Shown piece after piece: positions 1 to 12,007 of a DNA stretch of 64,000 nt. The stretch is from an uncultured Alphaproteobacteria bacterium (GTDB lineage Bacteria; Pseudomonadota; Alphaproteobacteria; Rhizobiales; Xanthobacteraceae), in assembly GCA_963807665.1 (NCBI GenBank), contig CAWEDE010000028.1, forward strand, positions 11,357-75,356. Direction: 5' to 3'. A program made the position numbers and the translations under genes. The notes below the pieces were generated by a model, which was not told where the DNA came from, did no database searches, and worked only from the letters and a program-made list of their open reading frames with translations. The stretch's first letter is position 1. Each line of letters starts with the position of its first letter.

Positions 1-2408
1 CAATCAGCACGCCTTCGGTGATCTCCAACTCCAGCCGCTTGGGTGACAATCCGGTTTCCAAAAGAACCTGGTGCACGAGGTTGGGTAGATCGCCGTGCTG
101 GAATTGGACCGGCGACAAATTGATGGCGATGTTCAATGGCCGCGGCCAGGACGCCGCTTCGCGGCAGGCGGCGCGCAGGGACCATTCGCCGAGTGCGTTG
201 ATAAGGCCGTTTTCCTCGGCCAGCGGAATGAAGGTATTCGGCGGCACCAGCCCAAGGCGCGGATGGTTCCAGCGCGCCAGCGCTTCGAAGCCGGTGATCT
301 CTCCGCCGATCCGCGCTTGCGGCTGGTAATGCAGCATGAGTTGATCGTGCAATACCGCGGCGCGCAAATCCTCTTGCAACGCGCGCTTCTCACGCAGCTG
401 CTTGTCCATCGATACTTCGAAAAACCGGATCGATCCGCGCGCTTCCGATTTGGCGCGGAACAGCGCGGCATCCGCATTGGCAACGAGTGTGGCCGCGTCG
501 GCGCCGTCCTGCGGATAGATGCCAATGCCGACGGTGAGCCCGACCCGGATGGCATGGCCGTCGATTTCCATGTCGGACGCGAAAGTCGCTATCAAGCGTG
601 CGGCCAAGGCCTCGGCGGTCGCGGGTTGCGGCGCGGTCGGGGTAATGACAATGAATTCATCGCCGCCAACACGGGCCAAAAACGCTCCCTGACACGCCAT
701 TTCCATCCGCTGCGCCACTTCGCGCAATAACGCGTCGCCGGCCGAATGACCGAACACGTCGTTGACCGCCTTGAAACGATCAATGTCGATGCTCAACACG
801 GCGAAACTGTCGCCCGAAATCGCTGCGAGATCGACGGTTGCGGCAATGCAGGAATTGAATGCCGAACGGTTCGGTAATTCGGTCAGCGCGTCGTGGTGAG
901 CCATATGCGCGATGCGCTGTTCGCTGCGCTTGCGCTCGGTGAGATCCCTGAACATTGTGATGAGATATTGCGGCTTGCCGTTGGAGCCTCGCACGGCTAA
1001 TCGCGTCGCGGCGACAATGCGGGAGCCGTTGCCGGGCGTGGCGATTGTGTGCTCGTCGAGATGTAAGGGAGTTCCGGTCTCAACCAAATTACGATCTTCG
1101 ATTGCTATCCTATTGGCGCTCGCTTCCGGCATGACTTCGGCGGCGGTTTTATTAAGCAGCGTATTGCGATCGATGCCAAGAAGCCGTTCGGCGGCGCCAT
1201 TGATGAGCAAATAACGCAGGGTAGAAACCTCCTTGACGACGATCGGCGACGGTACGTTCTCGATCACCGTGTCGAGGAACGAGCGGGTATCTTCCAGTTC
1301 CCGCTCGGCTCGTTTTCGATCCGTGATGTCTTCGTGGGTCGCGACCCAGCCACCGCCGCTCGTCGGCGTGTTTGCGACAGCAATGATGCGCCCATCCTGC
1401 AATTCAATGTCGAGCGAGAAGGCTTCGCCTTGATCGAGCGCCGCGCGCAGTTCCGCTTCATATTTGGCCGGATTGTGCGGGAATGTCCCGGCGGCCTTGC
1501 GCGCTTCAAGCAGATCGCGAATGCTGCAACCCGGCCCGATTTTCTTCGGATCGATCTTGTACATGGCCTGATAGCGCCGGTTCCAAACCAGCAGCCGGTT
1601 TTGTCCGTCGAACATGCACAGGCCCTGAACCATGTTATTGATCGCAACGTCGAACAGAGTATTTTTATCGCTGATTATTTTTCTGTTGCGCCGGTCGAAC
1701 CAGGAGCCGATCAGACACATGCCCAGCACCGCGGCGGCGACCACGGCGATCGCAACCGAAAGCCAGGTCGGATTAAACCTGTTGGGTTGGATGTCACGCC
1801 CGTATTCCGGCAAGAAGCCGGCCGCCCCCATCGCGGTGAAATGATCCGACAGCACGGCAACTGCAAGCAGGCCAGCGGCGGCAATCGAATATCGTAGATA
1901 TTCGCCGCGCACCGCCATTTCAAATGCCAAAGCGCCAAAGACAATGCCCAGAACGATCGAGGCGGTTACCAGATCGCGATCCCAAAATATCTCCCCGGAA
2001 AATTGCACGGCCGCGATGCCGGTATAATGCATGCACGAAATGCCGAGACCGACGATGGCGCCGCCGGCGGCTGCGCTCCAACGCGCGTTGCCATAGACGG
2101 CGAGCGCAAGCCCAACCCCAGTGACGGCGATCGCGATCAGAAGTGAGAGGACCGTAAGCGCCACATTGAAGGAAATTGGAAAGCCAGGCTCGAAGGCGAG
2201 CATCGCAATGAAATGCGTGGCCCATATGCCCGATCCGGTCGCAACGCTAGCGGTCAATAGCCATCCGGCGCGGGCGCGGCCGCGCAAGGCTTGCGCGCGA
2301 TGGAACAAGTCAATCGCGGCGCCACTGGCCAGAAAACAGACGATGCCGGCGAGACGCCACCAGCCGCCAATCGTGTTCGGTACCGAGGCAGTTGAATACT
2401 CTATACAT
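1..2408 (-). CDS. MHYT-PAS-PAS-GGDEF-EAL diguanylate cyclase/phosphodiesterase (runs off left edge; frameshifts in the MHYT part)
   Basis: Minus strand reads MYRVFNCLGTEHDWRLV..., GIWATHFIAMLAF (MHYT), NNMVQGLCMFDGQNRLLVWN (PAS), ARVGGDEF (~650-680), GFEALAR (~275-295) and NLSPVQF...RLELEITEG (EAL). Confidence 0.85.
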
Positions 2409-2603
2409 GGCTCCGCAATCTCGAGGGCCCGGACACACGTGCCCATCAATCCGCGACGACAACACAACTTACAGGGGGAGACTGCGGCCCACCTTAATGT
2501 GGGCGTGTCACAATCGGTAATCATCGATTAGAGCTACGAAGGCGTAAACGCCATCGCGACAAATTGCGTGAAAACACTTACGCATGGCCTGCCGGATCGG
2601 CCA

Positions 2604-4305
2604 TTAACGCGGCTTGAGAAAGGCGAAATCGCAGCCCTGATCGGCGCCGAGAATTTCCTGGGCGTAGAGTTTCGCATAACCGCGCGTGGGCTTTTCGATA
2701 TCAGGTTTGGCGAGCGCGGCGCGGCGTTTGAGTTCCGCGTCATCGACCAGCAGGCTGATGCTGCGCGCCTTGACCGAGAGCTTGATGCGGTCGCCGTTTT
2801 GCACCAGGCCGAGCGGTCCGCCTGATGCGGAGTCCGGCGTCACGTGCAGAACGATGGTGCCAAAGGCAGTGCCGCTCATACGGGCATCCGAGACCCGCAC
2901 CATATCCTTGACGCCCTTAGTGGCGAGCTTTTTCGGGATCGGCAGATAGCCCGCCTCCGGCATCGCCGAGGTCGAATGCGGACCGGCATTTTGCAAAACC
3001 AGAATATCGTTAGCCTCGACATCGAGTTTCGGATCGTCGATGCGCGCGGCGAGGTCGGCGAGCGAAGTAAACACCACCGCCCTGCCCTCGAGTTCGAACA
3101 GATTGGAGTCAGCGGCCGAGCGTTTGAGGATGGCGCCTTGCGGCGCAAGATTGCCGAACAGCGCCACAAGGCCGCCTTGCGGCTCCAGCGGCTTGGCGCG
3201 CTCGGCGATGATGGTGCGGTCGATCCAATCCGCGCGGTCGAATTCCAAGCCGTTCGCCCAAAGTCTCGCCGGTGACTGTCATAGCGTCGAGATGCAGCAG
3301 ATCCTTCAGTTCGCGCATCAGCGCTCCCATACCGCCGGCGGCGAAGAAATCCTCCATATAGCCATTGCCGACCGGCTTGAGATTCACCAGCACCGGCGTG
3401 GTGTCGGACAATTCGTTGAGCCGCTTGAGCGATACCGAAATGCCGGCGCGGCCGGCGATCGCGGTGAGATGAATGATGGCATTGGTCGAGCCGCCGATGG
3501 CCAGCAAAACACGCAGCGCGTTCTCCATCGATTTCTCGGTGATGATCGCGTCGGGCTTAAGTTTGGATCCGATCAGCTTGACCGCCAGCGCGCCGGTCGC
3601 TTCCGCCGCACGCAAGCGGTCGGCATGCACGGCGGGAATGGCGGCGGTACCGGGCAGGATCATGCCGAGCGCTTCGGCGAGGCATGCCATGGTCGAGGCG
3701 GTGCCCATCACCGCGCAGGTTCCGGCGGTGGTGGCGAGCTTGCCCTCGACCTCGTTGATTTCCTTCTCGTCGATCGCGCCGGCGCGATATTTGGCCCAGA
3801 AGCGGCGGCAATCGGTACAGGCCCCTAGCCGTTCGCCGTGATGGCGCCCGGTCATCATCGGCCCGCCGATCAGCATGACCGACGGCTTGTTGGCCGAGAC
3901 CGCGCCCATGAGCTGCGCCGGCACGGTCTTGTCGCAGCCGCCCATCAGCACCACCGAATCCATGGGCTGGGCGCGCACCATTTCCTCGGTGTCGATCGAC
4001 ATCAAATTGCGAAATTTCAGGCTGGTCGGATTGAGGAACACTTCGCCGAGCGAGATGGTGGGGAACTCGATCGGCAAGGCGCCGGCCGCCAGCACGCCGC
4101 GTTTGACCGCGGAGAGCAATTCGGGGAAATGCCGGTGGCAATTATTGAAGCCCGACGGCGTATAGGCGATACCGACCACCGGCTTTGCCAGCATTTCGTC
4201 GGAATAGCCCATCGACTTGGCGAAGGAGCGCCGCAGGTAGAGAGAGAAATCGCGATCGCCGTAATTGGTCAGGCCGTTCGCAATGCCGACAGGTGGTTTG
4301 CTCAT
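2604..4305 (-). CDS. IlvD/Edd family dihydroxy-acid/sugar-acid dehydratase (one frameshift near 3245)
   Basis: Joined ORFs 3109..4548 and 2604..3248; motifs FNNCHRH, GGCDKT, GGSTNA, DARMSGT. Confidence 0.88.
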
Positions 4306-4571
4306 GCGGACACTTTCTGCAGCCGGGCGAGGCCGGATGCAAGCCGGCGCGACAAGCGATTCGATTGTAGGCGGGCCGACATTACCGGATAGCGCTGCTT
4401 GAGCCAGCCCAAAGCGAACTCGGCCAGCTTGCGCCAATTGGAGCCGGCATTGAGGTCGCGCGTTGCAGGCATAAGGATCGGCCCCGAAAATCCACCCTTG
4501 CGTAGCATGGCGATTTGGCCCAAATCCATGCCGCGCGCGGCAAACCATTAATATTGCGGGGCTTTAACGCC

Positions 4572-5638
4572 GTGATCCGTCTAGGCATTGTCGGCATGAA
4601 TTATGGACGCAATGTCCATCTGCCTGCGTTTCGCGCCGATCCGCGTTGTGAAGTGGTGGCGCTTGCCGGCAGCGATGCTACCCGCGCCGCGGAATATGGC
4701 ACACGCGGCGGGCGTGCCACAAAGGCTACGGCGATTGGCGCAGCTTAGTAGAAGACCCAAATGTAGATGCCGTCGCCATCGCCACGCTGCCTAGCCTGCA
4801 ATCCGCTATCGCCATTCGGGCGCTCGAACTCGGCAAACCGGTATTCGCCGAAAAGCCGATGGCCGGCGACCTTGGCCAGGCCCGCGCCATGCTGCGGCAA
4901 GCCGAAAAAAGCGGCCTTCCCACCATGATCGATTTCAATTTTCATCAGACCATGAATTGGCAGCGCGCCAAGCAATTGCTCGACCAAGGCGCCATCGGCA
5001 CCTTGCGCCACGTCACCGTGCATTGGCACGTCGAGAGCTATTCGATCCAGAAGCGCATGCGCAATTGGAAGACCGCCGGCGACGATGGCGGCGGCGTGCT
5101 GGGCAATTTCATCAGCCACTGCTTTCATTATCTCGAATGGTTTGTGGGGCCGTTGGCCGGATTGTCGGCGCGCATATCGGGCCTGCCCGACGATCCCAAG
5201 CTTGAAACCACCGTGGCGATGGCATTGGCGTTCAAAACCGGACCGGCGGTCAGTCTGTCGATGAGTTGCGCGTCATATCTCGGTATCGGCCACCGCATCG
5301 AATTCTTCGGCGAGGATGGCACGCTAGTGCTGCACAATCCGGGCGCCGATTACATGCGCGGCTTCGAATTGTTTTACGCCAAGCGGCCCGGCGCGGCACT
5401 CGAACGCATCGCCGTCATCGATCCGGTTGACGCGCAATTTCCGGAGGGTCGGATCGCGCCAGTGTCGCGGCTGGCCAAGCTATTTTTCGACGCGATCCAA
5501 AACGGCGGCACGGCCAAGCCCGGATTTGCCGAAGGCTATCGCGTGCAAACCATCATGGACGCCGCGCGACGCTCGCATAATCAAGGCAAATGGATCGATC
5601 TTACTTCCGAAACCGCCGCCCAGGAGCAGCGCGCATGA
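4572..5638 (+). CDS. Gfo/Idh/MocA family oxidoreductase (frameshifted near 4700-4740)
   Basis: MIRLGIVG.NYG N-terminus, VFAEKP motif, GGGVLGNFISH; continues in ORF 4859..5638. Confidence 0.85.
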
Positions 5639-6615
5639 GCGCAAAAATTCTCGTCACTGGCGGAAGCGGATTCATCGGTTCCGCGCTCGTGAAGGCGCTG
5701 CTGCGCGCGGGCGCGACTGTGCGCGTGCTGGACGACAATTCGCGCGGCAACCCGCGCCGGCTGGCCGTGGTCGAAAAAGATATCGAATTCATCGGCGGCG
5801 ACATTCGCGATGCCGCCGCGGTCGAGAAAGCCGCCGCCGGCATGGACGAGGTGCATCACCTCGCCTTCGTCAACGGCACGGAATTTTTCTATAGCGCGCC
5901 GGAACTGGTGCTTGATGTCGGCGTGCGCGGCATGATCAACGTGATCGACGCCTGCCGGAAGAACGGCGTTGGAAAACTCATTCTCGCCTCCTCGTCCGAG
6001 GTCTATCAGACGCCGCCGCATATTCCGACCGCGGAAGATGCGCCGCTGGTGGTGCCGGATGTGTTGAACCCGCGTTATTCATATGGCGCCGGCAAGTTGA
6101 TCAGCGAAGTGATGGCGATCAATTACGGCCGCAAATATTTTGAGCGCGTGCTGATTTTCCGGCCACATAATGTCTATGGCCCCGACATGGGCTTCGAGCA
6201 CGTCATCCCACAATTCGCGTTGCGTGTGAAAAAACTTGGGCCACAACAGCCGGGCAGCCGGTTGCCGTTCGAAATCCAAGGAACCGGCGAGGAGACGCGC
6301 AGCTTTTGCTTTATCGACGACCTGGTGGCCGGCGTCATGATCATGCGCGAAAAGGGCGAGCATCTCGGCATTTATCACATCGGCACCACCGAAGAGGTCT
6401 CGATTGCCGATCTGGCGCACCGGATCGCGGACCTGGCTGACAGCGAGATTGCGTTGATCCCGGGCAAGCCAGCCCCCGGTGGCACCTTGCGGCGCTGCCC
6501 GGACATTTCGAAATTGGCAAAGCTCGGCTATAAGCCGCGCGTGCCGCTCAACGACGGCCTGGAGCCGACGGTCGACTGGTACTGGCACAACGCCGCATTG
6601 GCGCCGAAGGCCTGA
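5635..6615 (+). CDS. NAD-dependent nucleotide-sugar epimerase/dehydratase (extended SDR)
   Basis: TGGSGFIG Rossmann motif, SSSEVY, YGAGK, HNVYGP; ATGA overlap with the upstream gene. Confidence 0.9.
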   Translation: MSAKILVTGGSGFIGSALVKALLRAGATVRVLDDNSRGNPRRLAVVEKDIEFIGGDIRDAAAVEKAAAGMDEVHHLAFVNGTEFFYSAPELVLDVGVRGMINVIDACRKNGVGKLILASSSEVYQTPPHIPTAEDAPLVVPDVLNPRYSYGAGKLISEVMAINYGRKYFERVLIFRPHNVYGPDMGFEHVIPQFALRVKKLGPQQPGSRLPFEIQGTGEETRSFCFIDDLVAGVMIMREKGEHLGIYHIGTTEEVSIADLAHRIADLADSEIALIPGKPAPGGTLRRCPDISKLAKLGYKPRVPLNDGLEPTVDWYWHNAALAPKA

Positions 6616-7912
6616 ATGCCCGCTTTAAAGGAGACATCCGCTTTGCGTCCCACTAAAATCGCGCGCGGCGCTGGCACCGGCGGCAGCGTTCCAGTCGAAT
6701 GCTGCCAGGTTTGCGGCTCGACCGCGCTCGATGCCGTGCTCTCGCTCGGCTACATGCCGCCGGTCAACCAGATGGTGACCATCGGCGCGGTGCCGCGCCA
6801 GCAGCCGTGGTTTCCGACCGACCTTCTGCATTGCCGCAATTGCGACCTGGTGCAACTCGGCCTCGCGGTCGACCCCGTTATTATATTTCCGCCGGAATAT
6901 CCTTACACCAGCGGCACTACCAAATTGCTGCGCGACAATTTCGCGGATTTGCAGCGCGAGAGCGCCGCCATGCTCGGTCTCGGCAATGACGATCTCGTGG
7001 TCGATATCGGTTCAAATGACGGCACGCTGCTGTCGAATTTTCAGAAAGGCGGCCACAAGCGTGCTCGGCATCGAGCCGACCGATGTCGGCGACATCGCCA
7101 ATGCGCGCGGCATCCCGACGCTCAAGCGCTATTTCGGCACCGAGGTGGCCCGCGAGGTCAATGAAAAATACGGCCCGGCCAGGGTCGTTACCGCGGCCAA
7201 TTGTTTCGCCCATATCGAAGACGTGCATGCCATCGTCGATGGCATTGTCGAAATGCTGTCGCCCGACGGCGTGTTCATTTCCGAATCGCATTATTTCATC
7301 GGGCTGCTCGACACATTGCAATACGACACCGTCTATCACGAGCATTTGCGTTATTATTCGGTGGCGAGCCTGAAGCATCTCTTGGAAATGCACGATCTCG
7401 AAGTGTTTCATGCCCGCCCGATCCCCAGCCATGGCGGATCGATCCGAATCTATGCCGGGCGCCACGGCGCCAACACGGTACAAGATAGCGTGCGCCGCAT
7501 GCTTTCGACCGAGCCGCGTGGCGACGCCATGAGCAAGCGGCTTGCCGACTTCAAGCGCGACGTCATGCTCTCCAAGCTTCGGCTCTTGTCGATGCTGCGC
7601 GACCTGAAAGAAAAAGGCGCACGCATCGCCGGCATCAGCGCGCCGTCGCGCGCCTCGACGCTGGTCAATTATGTCGGGCTCGACGAAGGCATCATCGACT
7701 ATGTCTGCGAAATTCCCGGCTCGCTCAAAATCGGCAAATGCATGCCGGGCACGCGGATTCCGGTGGTGGACGAAACCAAGCTGTTTGACGATCAGCCCGA
7801 CGCCGCGGTGATTTTCTCCTGGCACATTGCCGACGAACTAGCGCCCAAACTCAAGGCCAAGGGTTTCCGCGGCAAATTGATCACCCCGCTGCCGGTGCCA
7901 AGGTTTTTATAG
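6616..7912 (+). CDS. NDP-hexose C-methyltransferase-like class I SAM methyltransferase (frameshift near 7060)
   Basis: N-terminal CxxC...CxxC zinc site, YPYTSG, DIGSNDG, QYDTVYHEHLRYYS, C-terminal GKLITPLP. Confidence 0.85.
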
Positions 7913-7921
7913 AGGCAGACG

Positions 7922-8483
7922 ATGTCCGACTGGCCGAAGATAAAGGCGCGGCAGACGAACAAGGTTTCGCCCTGGATGGACATCATCGCGCGCAAGGTCG
8001 AGTTTGCGCCAGGCGCCGCGAGCGAAATTTATCACGCGGTCGGCCAGCAGGATTACATCGCCATCGTGGCGCTCACGCCGGACGGCAAAATTCCGATCGT
8101 GCGGCAATACCGCCCGGCGCTGGAGCGCTTCACCTGGGAATTACCGGCCGGCATAGTGGAAAAAGGCGAAGACCGCCGCCGATTGCTGCCGGCGCGAATT
8201 GCTGGAGGAAACCGGGTTTCCCGCCAAATCGGTGCAAGCGCTGGGAACATACGCGCCTTGCACCGCGCGTCTGTCGAACCACATCCATTCCTTTTTCGTG
8301 GCGGCCGGGCCGAACGATGAAACGCACAAAGCCGAGCCCGGTATCGAAGTGCGGCTGGTGACGCCGGCCGAACTCGCCGCCCTGATCCTGACCGGGGAAT
8401 TCGTGCTGCAGCTTCATATCGGTGCCATTTTGCTGGCCGGCATGCGCGGGTATCTCGATATGGCCGCCTTTGCCGCGAAATAA
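7922..8483 (+). CDS. NUDIX hydrolase (frameshift near 8175)
   Basis: VRQYRP...WELPAG.VEKGE...RRELLEETG Nudix box across two ORFs. Confidence 0.85.
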
Positions 8484-8543
8484 GGCCCGTAATCCCGGTC
8501 AATTTGCCCCATTGGAATGCGGCGATTTCGCCTCGACAAACCC

Positions 8544-8560
8544 CCTGGAACCCTTCTAAA
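8544..8560. promoter_or_regulatory. Candidate Irr iron control element (ICE) upstream of hemA
   Basis: ccTGGAAcccTTCTAAA compared with the ICE consensus TTTRGAAYNRTTCYAAA; right half perfect; ~40 bp before the hemA start. Confidence 0.5.
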
Positions 8561-8601
8561 AAAGAGCCTGGCGCGGGGCAGACGCAAAGTAGATTAGCCG
8601 T

Positions 8602-9834
8602 ATGGATTACAACGCATTTTTCGTGTCCGCCCTGGACAAATTGCGCGACGAGCGGCGCTACCGCGTATTCGCCGACCTTGAGCGCATCGCCGGCCGTTTT
8701 CCGCATGCGCTGTGGCATTCCCCGCAAGGCCCGCGCGAGGTCGTGATCTGGTGCTCCAACGACTATCTCGGCATGGCGCAGCATCCCAAGGTGATCGGCG
8801 CCATGGTCGATGTCGCCGCCCGCATGGGCTCGGGCGCCGGCGGCACCCGCAATATCGCCGGCACCAATCATCCACTGGTCGAGCTTGAGCGCGAACTCGC
8901 CGACCTGCACGGCAAGCAAGCCGCGCTGGTGTTCACCTCCGGCTATGTGTCGAACCAGACCGGCATCTCGACCATCGCCAAGCTGTTGCCGAATTGCCTG
9001 ATCCTGTCGGACGCGTTCAACCATAATTCCATGATCGAGGGCGTGCGCCAGTCGGGCTGCGACAAGCAGATTTGCCGTCATAACGACATGGCCCATCTTG
9101 AAGAGTTGTTGAAGGCCGCCGATCCGGCGCGGCCCAAGCTGGTCATGTTCGAAAGCCTCTATTCGATGGATGGCGACGTGGCGCCGGTGAACGGCGATCT
9201 GCGATCTCGCCGAGCGCTATGGCGCCATGACTTATCTCGACGAAGTGCACGCGGTCGGCATGTACGGCCCGCGCGGCGGCGGCATTTGCGAGCGCGAAAA
9301 TGCCATGGCGCGCGTCGACGTGATCGAGGGCACGCTCGCCAAGGCGTTTGGCTGCCTCGGCGGCTATATCGCGGCCAGCGAAGTGCTGGTCGATGCGGTG
9401 CGCTCCTATGCGCCGGGCTTCATCTTCACCACCGCGCTGCCGCCGGCGATCTGCGCCGCCGCGACCGCCGCGATCCGCCATCTCAAGACCTCGAGCTGGG
9501 AGCGCGAGCGTCATCAGGACCGCGCCGCGCGCGTCAAGGCGATGCTCAACGCCGCCGGCCTGCCGGTGATGCCGAGCACGACCCATATCGTGCCGGTGAT
9601 GGTCGGCGATCCGGAGAAATGCAAGGCGGCAAGCGACATGCTGCTCGCCGAGCACGGCATCTACATCCAGCCGATCAACTATCCGACCGTGCCGAAGCGG
9701 CATGGAGCGGCTGCGCATCACGCCGTCGCCCTATCATGACGACGTGCTGATCGATCGGCTCGCCGAAGCATTGATCGATGTCTGGGAGCGGCTCGGCCTG
9801 CCGCAAGAGCCAGCGCGCGCTGGCGGCGGAATAA
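8602..9834 (+). CDS. hemA: 5-aminolevulinate synthase (frameshifts near 9195 and 9700)
   Basis: [46 protein letters not shown] (PLP lysine), QPINYPTV. Confidence 0.93.
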
Positions 9835-9838
9835 TTTT

Positions 9839-10990
9839 TCAATCGTGAAACGGTATTGGCGGCGGCGGCTTTGGCGCGTCGGCCGGCGGCTTGAGCTTGC
9901 GCGCGGCGCGGCGCGCCACCAGCGGCATGGTCAGCGACACATAGAAGATTCGCGTCAAATGATGCGCGCCGACATAAACCGGGTCGAGATTAAGCGCGAG
10001 CGCAAGCAGCATCATGGCATCCACCGCGCCGGGCGCATAGGCGATCATCACTTCGGCAATCGGCAACGCCAAGATGCCGACGAGCCCGACCGCGAACACC
10101 GCCGTGATCGTCACCGCGACGGCAAACGAGCCGAACGCCGCGGCGATATAATGCATCAGCATGCGCAGTGGCGTGCCGGCAAAGCGCGAGCCCGTCACCG
10201 CACCGAATGCAATCATCACCGAATTGGTGACCCACCACGGCATCACCACGTGAATGAGCCCGCTGCCATGCAGCGCACCCGAGGTGAGCATGGCGCCGAA
10301 CAGCAGGCCGCCGGGAAATCTTATGCGATAGGCGAATAGCGCGGCGGCGGTCGAAGCGGCGATAAGTATGGCCAACTCACCGAGTTGCGCCGGGTCGAAG
10401 GCGCCGCCAAGGCTACGCGTGCTGTGGCCGACAAGGCCGAGCAACGACAATCCGGCCGGTAAGCCGACGGCAACAATCACGACCCGCACGGTTTGCACGA
10501 TAGCGATGCCGCGCATGTCGGAGTCGAATTCGGCGGCGAGCCCCATCACTTGCGACAGGCCGCCCGGCGAGGCGGCAAGGTATGCCGTAATCGTGTCCCA
10601 GCCGTGCACCACGCGCAGATAGGCGGCGCCGGCCGTGCTGACGCAAATCATGGCCACGATCAGCACGGCGATGCTAGCGGATAGGTCGTCATGCCCATCA
10701 ACGTCGCCGGCGTGACCACGGCGCCGAGCGACAAGCCGATCAGCACCAGCAAAGTGCGCAAGCATGGGCACCGGGACCAGCATCGGCCGGCCGGCCAGCG
10801 ACGCGCACGCCACCGCTATAATTGAGCCGGAAAGAAAGCCGGCCGGCATTCCCAGGTGGCCGAGCGTGAGGCCGCCGACAGCGGCAAAGCAGAGCGTCTC
10901 CGCAACGTGGCGAAGCATGACGATACGATCGAGGGCTGCTGGTGCGGACAAGATGACGCGATCAATGCCGTGCGCCGGTCCCTGCGTCAA
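9839..10990 (-). CDS. AbrB family duplicated membrane protein
   Basis: Hydrophobic duplicated halves with SPGGLSQ and YAPGAVDAM motifs; an off-frame stretch near 10680-10760 suggests compensating frameshifts; start uncertain. Confidence 0.75.
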   Translation of the reverse strand: MTQGPAHGIDRVILSAPAALDRIVMLRHVAETLCFAAVGGLTLGHLGMPAGFLSGSIIAVACASLAGRPMLVPVPMLAHFAGADRLVARRRGHAGDVDGHDDLSASIAVLIVAMICVSTAGAAYLRVVHGWDTITAYLAASPGGLSQVMGLAAEFDSDMRGIAIVQTVRVVIVAVGLPAGLSLLGLVGHSTRSLGGAFDPAQLGELAILIAASTAAALFAYRIRFPGGLLFGAMLTSGALHGSGLIHVVMPWWVTNSVMIAFGAVTGSRFAGTPLRMLMHYIAAAFGSFAVAVTITAVFAVGLVGILALPIAEVMIAYAPGAVDAMMLLALALNLDPVYVGAHHLTRIFYVSLTMPLVARRAARKLKPPADAPKPPPPIPFHD

Positions 10991-11042
10991 TCGGGCACGG
11001 CAGCATCTTGGGACAAACAGAAAGAGAGACTACGCCACCATC

Positions 11043-11696
11043 TCAGGGGCCAGCGCGATCGTATGCGTGGACTCCGCCGCCAAGCACGATGCGCACCAAA
11101 TCGGCGGCATTGCGGGCGCCGATCTTTTCCATGATGCGGGCGCGGTGCACCTCGATGGTGCGCGGACTGATGCCGAGGCGGCGGCCGGCTTCCTTGTTGG
11201 AGGCACCGGCGGCGATCTGCGCCAGTACTTCACGCTCGCGCGGCGTGAGCCGCATTTGCCCGGGAAACTCGAGTGTCGCGCCATTGATGCCGTTGGAATG
11301 GGAATGGCGCTTGGCAAAGCCGGCGATAGCATTTCCCACGCGCGCAACAATAGCACGCGAGTCGAACGGCTTGAGAACGTAATCGAACGCACCGCTTTTC
11401 ACCGCCTCAACGGCACAGGCGATGTCGCCGTCGCCGGATATGATGAAAATCGGCGCCGGATAATGTTGGGCGTCGAGTTCCTTGAGCACTTCGAGCCCCG
11501 ATTTGTCGGGCAGATGCAGATCGAGCAACACCCCGGCCGGCGGTCCATTGCGGGCAACCGAAAGGAACGTCTCGGCATCGGCGAAGACATTGACCCGGTA
11601 GCCCGCCAGCGTGAATACGACCGAAAGCGCGTCACGCGTCGATGCATCGTCATCGACGATATACAGGTCACTTGTTGGCAAAAATTGCGAAGCCAT
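11043..11696 (-). CDS. FixJ-like response regulator (REC + LuxR HTH)
   Basis: IVDDD, LLDLHLPDKSGLEVL, KPF, LTPREREVL...SPRTIEVHRARIMEK. Confidence 0.9.
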   Translation of the reverse strand: MASQFLPTSDLYIVDDDASTRDALSVVFTLAGYRVNVFADAETFLSVARNGPPAGVLLDLHLPDKSGLEVLKELDAQHYPAPIFIISGDGDIACAVEAVKSGAFDYVLKPFDSRAIVARVGNAIAGFAKRHSHSNGINGATLEFPGQMRLTPREREVLAQIAAGASNKEAGRRLGISPRTIEVHRARIMEKIGARNAADLVRIVLGGGVHAYDRAGP

Positions 11697-12007
11697 CTTC
11701 GGAGATCCTCAAACCGTGGCCGCTCACTTCAATGCGTAGTTTGCACTACAGTTCCTCGCATTGGGTTAAAAAATAAAGGTATCTCAATAGCTTAGGGGTA
11801 CCATGAGGCAGCCTAGTGTTACCCGGATGGGGCAGGTTTCCGGTTTGGAAAATAAAAAATCGCTCGCCACCGTTTCGCGGGCACGACCGGAGCAAGCCTG
11901 ATTCGCGCATTGGGTATGTCGCATCCGCGCGACGGTACTTTCTATGTAGTCCCTATCCGGCTAAAATCCGTGGCGAAGCCGGGGTTTAGCCCCGTTCGGG
12001 AGCGCGC

